From positions 7,812,001 through 7,876,000 of the forward strand of contig CDPCPM010000049.1 in NCBI GenBank assembly GCA_976551045.1: a DNA stretch of 64,000 bases. The letters are read 5' to 3'. This document shows positions 51,964-64,000 of the stretch, piece by piece. Below the pieces are notes generated by a model. The model saw only the letters and a list, made by a program, of their open reading frames with translations, did not search any database and was not told the DNA's origin. A program made the position numbers and the translations under genes. The stretch's first letter is position 1, and every line of letters starts with the position of its first letter. Origin of the DNA: Glaucostegus cemiculus (Eukaryota).

Positions 51964-54900
51964 TACAGTGGTTGATCTTACCTTTTTAATACCTCATAAA
52001 CAAAATGGGCGTAAATGAGGTTCTTATCCTATTTCATACAAGATATTTAAGCATTATTGTTGACAGATTTTACTGCACAGATATTTAACTCTGATAAAAT
52101 AAATTTAAAAGACCTTTTCCCATACCCAAAGAATTGTTCCTCTGACTTTTTGACACTTTGAAACCATGGTGCACAGTGATGTAAAAGACATCATTCTGTG
52201 CATTATGTGGCCTTAAATTTGTGTCCCTTCTTCATATTCATACAATGTTTTGGTGAGAGCTGGTATGGTAAGCTTTACCTGCATCTGTAAACAAAGGACT
52301 AAAAATAGCTTTTGTATGCATGTGCATGTTTGGATGTGATTAAGAGAGTGAGTAGAGAACACAAGAAACAGAAAGTAAATTAAATACCCAAACCTTATGA
52401 TGATTGGGTGGGCTTGTTTATTTGCAATAGAAATGTTCTCCTAGTTGTGTAATTCTGGATGCTCAGAGCTTTCTGAATGATACCCAATGAACTACAGTTT
52501 CATTGTAGGAAAATGTATTTGTCAGACAGATCTCATGGCATGTTGGTTTACAGATATAGGAGAAGGCTATCTGAGGTTCCTATGCCACTGGTGAAACTTC
52601 TTGCTAGAGTGTCATTGATGCAGTTTTTCTCTTATGTGAACAGTTGTAATATTTAAGTTTCAAAAAGTTACTTGCATATCATGTAGATGTTCTGTCTCTG
52701 TGGGTGCCATTTATTGGGTGGGTCTTAGCTTTGTGTGATGATGTTTGTGAGGAGGCAGCTGACTTTACACCTCTCTTCATTTTGCAATGGAAGTCAATGG
52801 AAAAAAATCCGGAGGTGTGAAAACAGATTTACAGTCACACATTTTACACAAGATCAACCCCATTACCCCGAAGAGTAAATATTATTCAGTGTTTAAGCAT
52901 TGATGACTCCCGAAAATTGCAACTTTCAACACACAAAATCACCTTACTTCCTTCGCTTTTGACCATTTGAAAGAAAAATTACTGATTGCTACCCCATACT
53001 CTTGTATATGTAATTAACTGGAAGGTGAGGGTACCAGGCCGTCACCACCATCCTCTGAAGCAGCCAGCGGGAGCAGTGTAACAGCAACTCAGCAGTGATT
53101 CTCCTGGTTTTTCATCCACCCAGGGGACACTCTTTCTTGCACAAGGGAGTTAGGAGTTTCAGTTTGTGGGGAATTAGTGCATCTGACGGATCACACCATC
53201 AAGTGTTTAGGTTTTAAATTTCTTGACAGAAGCCTTTAGTAAAAATATTCAATATGTACTGCTGAGTGGAAATTAAACTTAATAATTTTTTATGTAGCAA
53301 GAACAATTTTCATTTTTACAAACATTATTAGGCAGCTGAGTCACATTAAGATTGGTTTATGGTTCAAAGAGAATCAGATAAATTCATGCAGTGAGGCAGC
53401 ACCATAACTTAAATTTTTAGTTTAGTTATTTTGGAATTCTCTCTCCTGTCCCCTGCAGCCAAATAATCATCCATCAAATTAAGTGCAAGATGGTCCAAGA
53501 TGAATCTCATTACAGATTGTATCAGATTAATAATAGGTATAGATGAATTCCATGTCTTTCTTTTTGCCACAGTCCCCTTCCCCTTTTAGGAATCTAGGGA
53601 TATGGTGATACTTCTGGAAAATGGCATTGAGGTAGAAGATCTGCCATGACTTTGATGAATGGGGAGCAGACTCAAAGGCTTGAATAGCTACTCCTTTGGT
53701 TACTTACATTCTAAATGTTTGTTTCCCCCATTCTCAATGAGAATATCTTACTACTTCATAGGAAGGTTACCTTGTGTGTATAAACCAAGTTTTTAGACTC
53801 GAATCTATTGATTATGTCTAGTGATCTCATGCTTTAAATCATGAGCTGCCTTCTTCCAGCAGCTAGTCACATGAAACTCTTGATTATTTTCCATTTGCTT
53901 GAAGAAATTCTGTCTCCTTAAAGTATATGCTTTTACAAGGTAAAAAGACCAGTTCTATAAGCCTCCACTGATAACTATGCGTCCTTAATGTAATTATCAT
54001 TCTTGCATCCTCTGTATTTTATGCATGTTCACTACATAAACCATGCAAAACTGGATACACTATTTTTAATATGGCTTAATTGTGGCACATATTTTACAAA
54101 CATTCATTGTTCTGAGGAAAAATATTCCACATACAAGTATGTTTAAACACTTGAAATCCAGAAAGTTACATTTGGAATTGGAAATGGATTGAGGATTCTC
54201 AAGACCATGGGCATCAGGTATATTCAAGGCCCCTCCGTGATCCAGTACAGCCCTTTTCCTCAGTCCATTAAAACACAAATATATAGGTAGATACAAGAAG
54301 AAATAAATATGCAGAATGATTAAGTGCTGCATATATGATATAGCAATTCGTACTGCAATCTATTATGCTTAAACAAATTGATCCAGCACTTGTATGCTGT
54401 TAAGTCCAGTTGCACTGGGCTGCAATATTTTGCTGAACCTCTGGATCAGGACTCAATAATCCTGACGTATTGAACCCTTGTATTGAATGTTCCTGAAATA
54501 AATTGAATCAACAGGTTTCTTTTGGTTTTGTTGCATTTTTTTGCTGCATCCAACTTTCTTCTGTCACCTCCCTGCTTTGTTTTTTGTGCTCAGTTTACTT
54601 CTGTGGGTTTTGATGACTGACACTTCCACCACATTGCCCCTCGATTGGTGTTTCAATAAAATGGATTTCTCATCTCTGCCATCTGAACCAAATATAGCCT
54701 TACTTTTGTGCAAATTTGAGCAGATAATAAATATGCTCTTTGCATTCTTCTACAAGTATATAAAAATACAACCATGCAATTTTAAAGAGCGATCTAGATC
54801 AATGTCTTTGGTAATTATTTCATTACCAAATTATCTCATTCCAGGAGATTGTGTGGTTGATGCTGGCTACATTGCTTGCTTTTTAGCACCATCCGTCATC

Positions 54901-55124
54901 CATTCTAAACCCAGAAGGTCACCTTCAGATAGGGAACAAAGCAGATTTCCTCATCAAATCTGGTTAATGGGAGCAAGTCTCAAAGCATAATGTGTATTCT
55001 TCAATATATTTGCCATTTACTTTGTATAGCATATTTGGGTCTTTTATTCTTCTAGGTACCTAGTTTGTTGGTCCACAACCAATTTGCGAGATGGATGCAG
55101 TCAAATGAAATGTAATTGAGGCAA

Positions 55125-55345
55125 AATAAAATCAGAAAGTCCTGAAAACGCTCAGTCAGCAGGTCAGACAGTGTCTGTGGGAAGAGAAACAGTAAATGTT
55201 TCATGTTCAGGACACTTTGTAGTCTGTTCTGATCAAGAGTCCTGGATTGAAGAGTCCTGTTTCACTTTCCACAGATGCTGCCTGACCTGCTGTGTGTTTC
55301 TAGCACTTTTTGTTTTTATTTCAGATTTCCGGCATATGCAGTTTT
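55125..55345. mobile_element. Second foldback element of the 39450-39715 family
   Basis: CAGCAGGTCAGACAGTGTCTGTGGGAAGAGAAACAG pairs with CTGTTTCACTTTCCACAGATGCTGCCTGACCTGCTG; smaller related pieces at ~140-185, ~8465-8580 and ~11815-11890. Confidence 0.75.
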
Positions 55346-56385
55346 ATTTTTCATTTTTATTATAGTTGAGTCAGTTTGGAAAAAAACTTCAAGACTCTCC
55401 TCTAAAACCCAGTGACAACTGATATCATTTTGATACTTTACCACAATGTGCTGTACATTTGCAAGCCAGTTAAAATCATGGGTCAGAGCAGAGCACTTAA
55501 TGATATCAACAGCTTTCAGAAATTGCTTTTCTCTGATAATTGATAAAAGTGCATTGAAAGGACACATTAAGAGGAAAGGGACACTGGAGTGAAGTGTGCA
55601 TCTCTTTTAGAGATAACACTGTTCCCTGACTGGGTAGTTTTCAGTCAGCATCAGGCTAGAGACTTGCCTGAGAGGTCTGGGGTTCCTAGGCTAGGCTGCA
55701 GGCTTTGGGCAACATTGCTGCTGGGTCCAGGTGTGGGAAAGGCTGATGGGCAAGTGGGGATCAGCCCTGAAGAGGTTACATTCATGGATGGCCTTATTCT
55801 TACAAGGTGCAGGGGAATTGGGAGGGAAAGAAAGAGGGAAGGGGCTAAGAACAAAGGAGATAAGTAAATGGAAATTGGCTGAGTTGGGAGACTGAGGGAG
55901 GCAGTTAGATTGTTGGAGACAGAGTTATGGAGGTGGGGGAAACAGAAGGAGAGGGGAGATTAGGCTGAGAGGGGTGCAAGCAAGTGGGATCAAGGAAAGG
56001 GGTGTGGGTAGAATGGTGCATCTGTGTTCATGTACGTGTGTGTGCACCAGAGCCTGGTCTCCATTCATCTTGGACCTCCATGCTATTGGGCTAGGCCCTT
56101 GCTCTGCCAAGTCCTTATGGTAGAAGATGTGTAAAAGCCTTCCTAGGTTAAAAGTACTGGTACATCTTATGTGAGGATTTTTTAAACTCTATATCTGTAG
56201 TGAAAAAATGGGCTTTTTATGAGATAGATACTTCAATAAATTCTCCTTCAATATGTTAGTCCTGGAAAATTACTCCATCCTAGTATTGGGAGTAAGATTA
56301 AGATGTACAGCCGGCAAATTCACAATCTGTTTTTGTCACAGGTGCTCTTTCATTAATGAAATCTCTTTAAGTCAGTTGATGTTGT

Positions 56386-56409
56386 CTGGTGTGAACTAGT
56401 TCACACCAG
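56386..56409. other. Perfect 24-bp palindrome
   Basis: CTGGTGTGAACTAGTTCACACCAG is its own reverse complement; a third arm CCCTGGTGTGAA lies at 56432-56443. Confidence 0.9.
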
Positions 56410-59400
56410 GGGCATTGCACACTTTTTAAAACCCTGGTGTGAAGTGATTGCTGTTTTGTGGGTAAAGCTGCATTTCTGCTAATGCTGGCCTTGAATTATT
56501 ATCGGTGTAGAAATGTGCACCACCATGAACCTTGTATCACTGATGGTGTGTCTTAAAGCACCACTGTCTGACCTTCAAATATGGTAATCTTGTTATACAG
56601 TTGCTGGCTTTCATCCAAAAGAATTTTATGGACTGTTAATTCACTCTATACATTAGGATCATTAAGTCTAGTGATGCACATCCAGAAAGTGGGAAATATT
56701 GAGCCAGCTCTGTATATTGGCTAAGATTTGTATGCAGAATTCTGGAAAATAGAGATAAATTTTGATTAATAATATTCTGATTAATCTGACAGCATGCTCC
56801 TAGCTGACTGAAATTTTGCCCAAGTTGTCCAGAAAATTAAGCTATTCAGAATATAACATTAATACAACTAAAATTCATGATAATAACATGGTATTACTCT
56901 AATAATCTCTTACTTCAAAAACCTCACATCTTAAAAAAGGAATATGATAACATTTAACTGACAGCTAGAGAGAGTTCTATTTCTAATAGCAGAGTTGCCC
57001 ACATGGTGGCATTCATTGACCTATCATGAACTGGTGATGATTCTTACAGTTAAGAGTGTATCTGAAGGGCAGAGTTATTTTTATTATGTAGTGGATATGG
57101 TCTACAGAGTACCTGAGGTAAAGTTCCTGTCAGCTACATATATCTCAGCCTCAACTCTTCATCTGATGTACCATGCATACAAATCAGTTACCTTCAGTAC
57201 AGTGTTCCTTTGGTGCAAATTAACATGATGCCTTTGAACTGTTGTATATCCCTTTTGTAAATTAACTGTAAATAGTAGGTGTTCAAACTCACATGTTAAA
57301 TGTTGTTCTGTGTACTGTGTTAATGAAACCTAATAATATATCATTAGACTCCAATGTTTGTTGGTTTGTTTGTTAACTTTCTGCTAATTACTAATATCAT
57401 TTGTCAAACATTTCCAGAGAGATTTAGTGAGGATTAACTTTTGCTTTTCTTCAATACATTAATGACTATTAAACACTAAGATCTATTAAATACTAAGGTT
57501 AAAGATCCTTTGTATCAAAAAGTTTGTGCCCAATTTACACAGAGCTATGTGAGACCTAGGAATTGACACAGTGCTAACAAATCTAGACCAGCAACAACTC
57601 ACTTGGCATTTAGGCTTTTCTTACTCTTGTGATGCCTGATTTATTCAGAAAACTTTCCCTTGACTCGCATTTATCTGGAAGTTGATGAATAAGGACATCT
57701 GGTCCCTGGTAAGTTTACATATATCTTTGGGACTTGGTGTTGTACTTTCAAGATTTACTTTGTAAATCATGAATTCAGCAAATGTAGTTGTTAATACTAA
57801 TACCCTGCCTCAGTTTCTTCCATTCACTAACTATTATTTGGGAGGGCAGGTAATACATAATGGTTACTTCCTTTTTTGATAGTAGGAGACAGCACACAGT
57901 AAGCTGATGCCAGTTGGAGTTCTAGGTTTAATAGTATTGAATCAAGCCAGACTAAATATATTTGGATGACCGTTTTGAGTCTTTGTCCATGATTTTCACA
58001 TGATGATATGTCAATATTGCGCTGTAGAATGATGCATTGACAGAAATTATAAGCAAAATAACTACAAAATCAATGACCTTTACAGTAATTTGCTGGTGAT
58101 TCATTGACTCAGTATTGATTGACATTCATGTGTCACTTTACCCCTTTCAGGCATTTCTTCAAGAGTTAGATTGAAGAAGATTTTGACAGACCTTGCTTTT
58201 CAACAAATTCAATTCTGCTTTACGACTTACAGCCTCTTAAACTTCCAATACATTAAAATAGTTGAAATTTAAAACATGGGGATATGGGGAGCTGGTCCTG
58301 AAACACCTCAAGAGCTCCTTTTAATTGTTATTGTGGCTAGCAAGAGACCTGCAAATCCCAAGATGCTCCCTGGTGCTGAGGCCTGGCATTGCATGGGACC
58401 CAGGCCAGACATCATGTGGGACACTGACCTAATGTTACTTGAGCCCAAGGATGCAGGCCTGACTGACCATGCATAAAGTTGAGTTCTTATGTTGACCCTT
58501 AAGTCACAGCCTTTGTGGTCACCATGTGACACAGGGCATCTGGGTAAACTCTGTAACAATATCACCAACTCCGAGCTCCTGCTTGGAGTGCCTGGCTGTA
58601 GTCCTGGAGTATCTCAGTGGCCCCCTTGTACAAAGAATGTGCCTTCAGCGGGCACTGATCTTCCACAGCTTGTCTCTGTTTCATTGATCACCCAGGAGCA
58701 CTCTTTTGACCCGTCCTATCATTGCAACATCCACATATGAGGTAGAACCACTCCAGTGCAGATGAAGAAATGCTGCTTGTATTGCACCATGTCCCATTAG
58801 GAGATGTGGTGGCTGAGATCGCATCCATGAAGCTGAATGCTGGCAGTTGCAACAGTTTGCAGTAGAATGTATTGCACTGTAACTAACATAGTCAACCAGT
58901 TAACGCTGTCACATGAACCTCTTGTGAATATCCCAGCCTTGGGGGATTTCAGAGTCTCTCATCCCAGTCCCTTAATGGTGTTTAAAGATTGTAAAGCAAT
59001 ACCTAGGCTCACACTTCTTTGAAATGAGTATGGTTAGTAGAGCAGACAGATTCAATATAATTGGCAAAGAACAAGAGGGAAGAGGAGGGAAATTTTTGGT
59101 AAGCAGCAATTTATTGTGATCTGGCATACACTGCATTAATAATAATGTCCAGAAAGACATTGGTTTTATGTCTGAAAAGGAAAGAATTGTAGAACTATAG
59201 AAAATGAAACTGGATTAGGACAAATGTATAGCCCATACTTAATGATATAGCAACAAATGTCATGTAACATATTTCATTAACTGGCACTTCACACTGGTTT
59301 TGTATAGCATCTAACTAAGAGCTGGCAGATGATGCCCACCTGCTTCCTATCAGTGATTCTGGATCTCTTGTCATTCCTATATACTTATATTTGGAAATAC

Positions 59401-60404
59401 ATGTCAATCTCTGTCTTTTTCAGTCTCCTTTTCTTTGTTATTTTTCTCTGCCTATGTCTTTTTCCAAAAATGTCTCCTACTTTGGACCATAGATATAGCT
59501 GCCTAGAAATTTATCCATAAAGAGTAACACTAAATGCAACATATAACAGCACAGAGGATTGCACTTTGCCTCCAAAATTTGTTCCATTAACTTCAGTGGA
59601 ACAAATTTCAGAGACAGAGTAGAACACATTGACACATGTATATAGTACATTCAGTGCTATGGACGGAGGGTGATTTTTTGGGTAAAGATGTTCTGCAAAT
59701 GTTCTGTCATTGCAAATGTCAGTGCATTTCATTGATAATCTCCTTTAATGGAACTAGGACTTCTCTTTTATCATTCAGGATTTAATCCATCAAATTTGAA
59801 ATCAACAATTTTGTTCCCTATTTAGCTGAATTCCTATTCCCCCATTTCTACTTAATCACAAATTTACTGGTAATCTGAATTTGAATAAATATTCTGGGTA
59901 GGATGCAAGCCTTTCACAATTATAGTTCTAAAATACAATTGATCTCAACATAATTGAAGTAAATATAAAGCTGGGATTCATCTTGTATAAGCACATTTCA
60001 TTTGGTCTAGAAACTGGTGTCAATCTAATATAAACTGTCGAAAACCGTGTGTTATTGTATCCCTGCTGTAGCTGGATAATTAGATTGGGAATAACAGTGC
60101 TCTGCATATACTCCTTACAAAAGCACTGTTTGCATTACCTCCTGCTTGCATGTACTTCACACACTGCAGGAAATCTATCATCTGTAATATTTTACAAGTG
60201 CCCATTCTTGGCCTAAATTTGCATGTTAATCTGATGTACATTTTCTTCGAGCTGTAATTTCACCTTTTGTTTCAATCTTCCAGTTTGGATTTGAAAATAA
60301 ACTCCATTTTGTTCCTTAAGTTATCATTTATAGAGCAACAAACCTGAATCGTGACTCTCATTTTATAAGACTGAAGCTAAGCTAAATGGTGAATTTACAA
60401 CCGT

Positions 60405-60740
60405 ACAAACAGTAGGTCACTCAGCCCCTCAAGTCACCTTAGCCAAGCATGACTGATCTGATTGTAATTTCAACTTGGCATTACAGTCCATGTAGCAACT
60501 TTTCACCCACTTGCTTATCAAAAATCTACCTACCCCTGCCTTAAAAATATTCAAAGGCTCTTCTTCCATTATCCTTTGAGGAAACAAGTTTCAAAGACAT
60601 GACTCTTTGAGACAAAAAAAAAACTGTCTCATTTCTGTCATATTTTTAAATCTCTAGACCTAGATTCTCCCAGAGAAGAAATCCTCCTCTACATATCTAC
60701 CCCATCAAGAGCCCTTATCTTACATTTTTCAATCAATTCA
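60405..60740 (-). mobile_element. CR1 LINE 3' end
   Basis: Tail GTAGGTCACTCAGCCCCTCAAG...CATGACTGATCTGATTGTAA; CCTTAAAAATATTCAA and TCTAGACC remnants typical of CR1 minus-strand ends. Confidence 0.7.
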
Positions 60741-61898
60741 TGCAATCTTGCAGAAGGAATCATTCTTGAAATTAGGTAATGTTCATTAATAAAAATAACA
60801 GGCGATAATAGGCCCTCATATCTGCCAGTTAATATTGCTGAGACATCATTTTCCTTGGGCTATTTAGTTCCTCAAATATGATGACAACTTAAATTCCAGT
60901 GTGATATTTACAATGGAACAACAGATTCAATTTGAGAAAACTTGAGAACATCCTTCCATCGTTTACACAGTGATGACAGTGACAGCCCATGATCTTTGGC
61001 ATCAGGTGAGATCACTAGTAATGTTTGACTTTATTGTGAGTTATTGAAATGTTTTTTTATATTTTCTTATCCACTATTATATGCTAGGCCCTGACTAAAT
61101 AAGGAACCTGACTGTTATGAAAAGCTGTGAATATATTACATTCACAGTCATGATGTGCTAGCTTCATTTGGTCGAGTTTCCTTGTTGGATAAATATTGTT
61201 TCCATTATGCCTGCATAGTGTCTTACTATGCTTTACTGAAGTCCATCAGTATATCACCACATATAAAGACCATTTTCCTCAGTGGTTCAGTGGTAAATGT
61301 ACCACCTGTTTTGCTACAGAACCATGCAGGCCAGAAGAGTCTTAGATGATACTTAGCCTGTTTGGGAATTGACATTCTTAACTGGACCAGAGGTATGAAT
61401 GTTACACTTGCAATGTTCACACACCAGACCACAGTCGCAAAGTCCCACTGTTTGACTACATGATCAGGCCTCACTGTTATGGTAATAGTTTTCTGACATT
61501 GAGGCCAATCTTAACTTCTGGTTCTAAATGTTTGGCTGCTCTTTGTCCCTAAAAATTACAGTTTGGTTCCAATGTTCATCATTAGAGTTTAACATGCAAA
61601 TAAAGCAATCTCTCTCTTGAAGTAAATGTGCACATTCCCTCCCCATCTGAAAATGCCCAGCTAGGAAGCAGAGGCAGTACAGCATGAATGAAACTGTAGG
61701 CTATGCAGTACAATTTGAGGCTCTTCCTCCTCCATTTGTGCTGAGTCTCCACAGTTAAAATCCGGGTTAGTAATTGTCTAGGCTTGCATTAAAGGGTGAA
61801 TACATTTCAGCAAAATTGTGGAGAGCCACTGGAACATGTGAAAATTCCAACATAACCCGCTACCTTCATCTGGAGAATGCTTGAAGGGAAAAGGTACC

Positions 61899-61944
61899 TG
61901 CAAGAGATAAGGCACATGCAAGAGATAAGGCACATGCAAGAGAT
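61899..61944. repeat. 18-bp tandem repeat, ~2.6 copies
   Basis: TGCAAGAGATAAGGCACA twice plus TGCAAGAGAT. Confidence 0.9.
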
Positions 61945-62159
61945 GGAGTTCTCTGCTGTCGGAGGGCCTGGGCTAATTTTTCCAATGAAAATATGCTGGA
62001 TGATGAGCATGAAGTAGTCTGTCTTCTTTATTTAATTTTTTTTGTGGCAACGATGTTCCATTTAAAAATATAATTTTATTTGTTTGTGGAAGAAGAATTT
62101 TCAGTATATCACTGACATTCCAAGTAGTGGCGTTCTTTGATAAGTGTTTTTGTATTTTG

Positions 62160-62216
62160 GATTGTGTATTGGTTAATTATTGTCACTTGTATCAAGGTAC
62201 AGTGAAAAACCTGTCA
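62160..62216 (-). mobile_element. Short 3'-terminal fragment of the Rex/Babar-type LINE seen at 2368
   Basis: GTATTGGTTAATTATTGTCACTTGTATCAAGGTACAGTGAAAAAC is nearly identical to 2372-2416 GTATTGGTTTATTACTGTCACTTGTACCGAGGTACAGTGAAAAGC. Confidence 0.8.
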
Positions 62217-64000
62217 TGTGTCTGTACTACTTGGAAACCTGTTGTGTTCATTGACTGGGCCCAGGAGTACAGTCATTGATAAACTAGTGATTAAGGTGAA
62301 CAAAAATAAAGTTAGGGGAATACTTCTTGTTTCAGGTGTTTTCACATCGACATGTAAATCTATATTATCTATAACAGAGGCTCCAGTGATGTGCACTCAA
62401 ACCTTGTCTATCCCTAAACACCCATGTTTATTTTGATAAATGACTGTTTGGGAAACATTCCAGGAATTTTCCACCTTGCCATAGAAATCTCCAATTATAA
62501 TCAAAAGTGTATGCAGTGTTTGGAACAAGAATCTTCCCAATGATATGCTTTTTAAAGGCTAGTTTGGAGACATTGTATTGTTAGAAGTGACTCTGATCAC
62601 ATACTTAACCACACAAAAAAACAAGATTAAAGACTTTTTAATCTATCACATGCTCAATTTGTTTCAAAATGAACACAGGGTCTCATTGTGGTAAAAGTAA
62701 AAATATGAGGGAATATAAGGTTTTATTTGGAGTTTTTCTATCTCAGAATAATTTGATACCATCCTAGATTTTTCTATTGAGCTCGAGCCAGAAAATCCAA
62801 AAGCATACAGGTGTACTTTATGTGAGGTGGCGAAAGATCTTCCTTCCTTATGAAAGAGGAATCACATCATAATTACCAGTGAATGGTTTCTATCTATTTA
62901 TTTAGCAAACAAACTTGTAATAACTTCTGCTATAGAGATGCAAGTTCAAGGAGCAAGGCAAATGGGTCTCAACAAACAATGTCATTTAGAAACTCCTAGA
63001 AAGGGAATGAGTTCTGCCTCTACAGGAGAATTTGGAGGAACTAATACTTGTATTTGCAGACAGTTCATCTCGGCTTTAACATGATTTGGAGAGAACTTTA
63101 TTGAATAATTCAACACTTTCAGTGGAGTGGTTACCACCACATGGATGTTGAGATTTATTTGCTGCTAGGATAACGTCATTAGATCTGCATGAATGGTGGA
63201 GTGGAATTTTGTTTCTTGTGAAGGAACTATTTGTTCTTGGCATTTGGAAATCCAGATCTAAGAAATGTGAATTAAATAAACATTTGACAAATTAAATAAG
63301 TTTAGTGCTCAGTATTACTTTTGAGCCTCTGCCAGTGAGCCATTAATCTTCTAAACAGTGGGGGAAAAACAACAGATTGCTCTAGTTGAAAAGAAGGAAA
63401 ACAGCTGATCAAACAACAATAGTTCGTTAAAACTGTCACTGCCATAAGTGTTTTCAATAACTTTAGTTCGAGACTATGGGCAACACCTCTTTGGCCCAAT
63501 GCAGCTTTACTTCAGTGAGAGTTCATAGTAGCCCATCTCAAAGCTCAGCAAAAGCAAATTATCTGAGGTGTCCTGACCTGCAATCTAGAACAGCCACTTG
63601 CTTCAATTCTGGTTAAATTTAAGGTTGACAGTCCTTCGCTACTTAAACATTCATGACTCAGTCAAATTGGTCTAGGATCTCAACTGGTACAAAAATTCAT
63701 TTTAGAATATGTTTGAACTTAAATCTGTAAAACAAAAATGGAATTAAGCTTCATCAGCATTTGCAATTTGTGTCCATTTTGTTTATTTGTGTTAAGATGC
63801 TTATAGCAGGAGAGCAACTCCTTTTGTCTGGGGTAGATGGCATTTACTGTGCACCCCCATTTTTCAAGTTACTGGATAGACACCTGGTCCTCTAAATAAC
63901 TGCTGCTGCCCCACTTTCCTGTTCCTCAGCAATCTTAAAAATGGATTGTGGTTATATCCCCCAAGACCAGATACGATAGTGTTAAACTTCTGGGCCATCT

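Noticed and set aside
54541-54990. 149-aa ORF with a hydrophobic N-terminus
   Set aside because: Non-ATG start, T-rich intronic composition and no recognisable homology.

Overview
Vertebrate genomic DNA, most likely from a shark or ray (HE1/V-SINE-type SINEs and CR1 LINEs of the elasmobranch type). The window lies inside one plus-strand gene, the dynein cargo adaptor BICD1. Five GT-AG coding exons splice in frame: 14370-14522, 25976-26413, 29383-30483, 39109-39260 (absent from the ORF track) and 46702-46909, the last with an in-frame read-through to a stop at 46996. The 5' exons lie upstream of the window and the terminal exon(s) cannot be fixed from sequence alone. The introns hold a ~7.3 kb degenerate 43-bp quasi-palindromic satellite (two recently homogenised sub-arrays, an inverted duplication, nested LINE and SINE insertions), many decayed CR1/L2/RTE/Rex LINE fragments, tRNA-derived SINEs, a TA-flanked Tc1/mariner MITE with perfect TIRs, and foldback elements with decayed minimal hammerhead-ribozyme cores. 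There are no prokaryotic features, CRISPR arrays, rRNA or tRNA genes. I found no convincing new biological system. The best leads are exon junctions that regenerate splice donors, the hairpin satellite, the hammerhead relics, a templated insertion scar and the alternative BICD1 C-termini. Repeat family names and comparisons to human BICD1 come from recall and were not searched; repeat boundaries are approximate.
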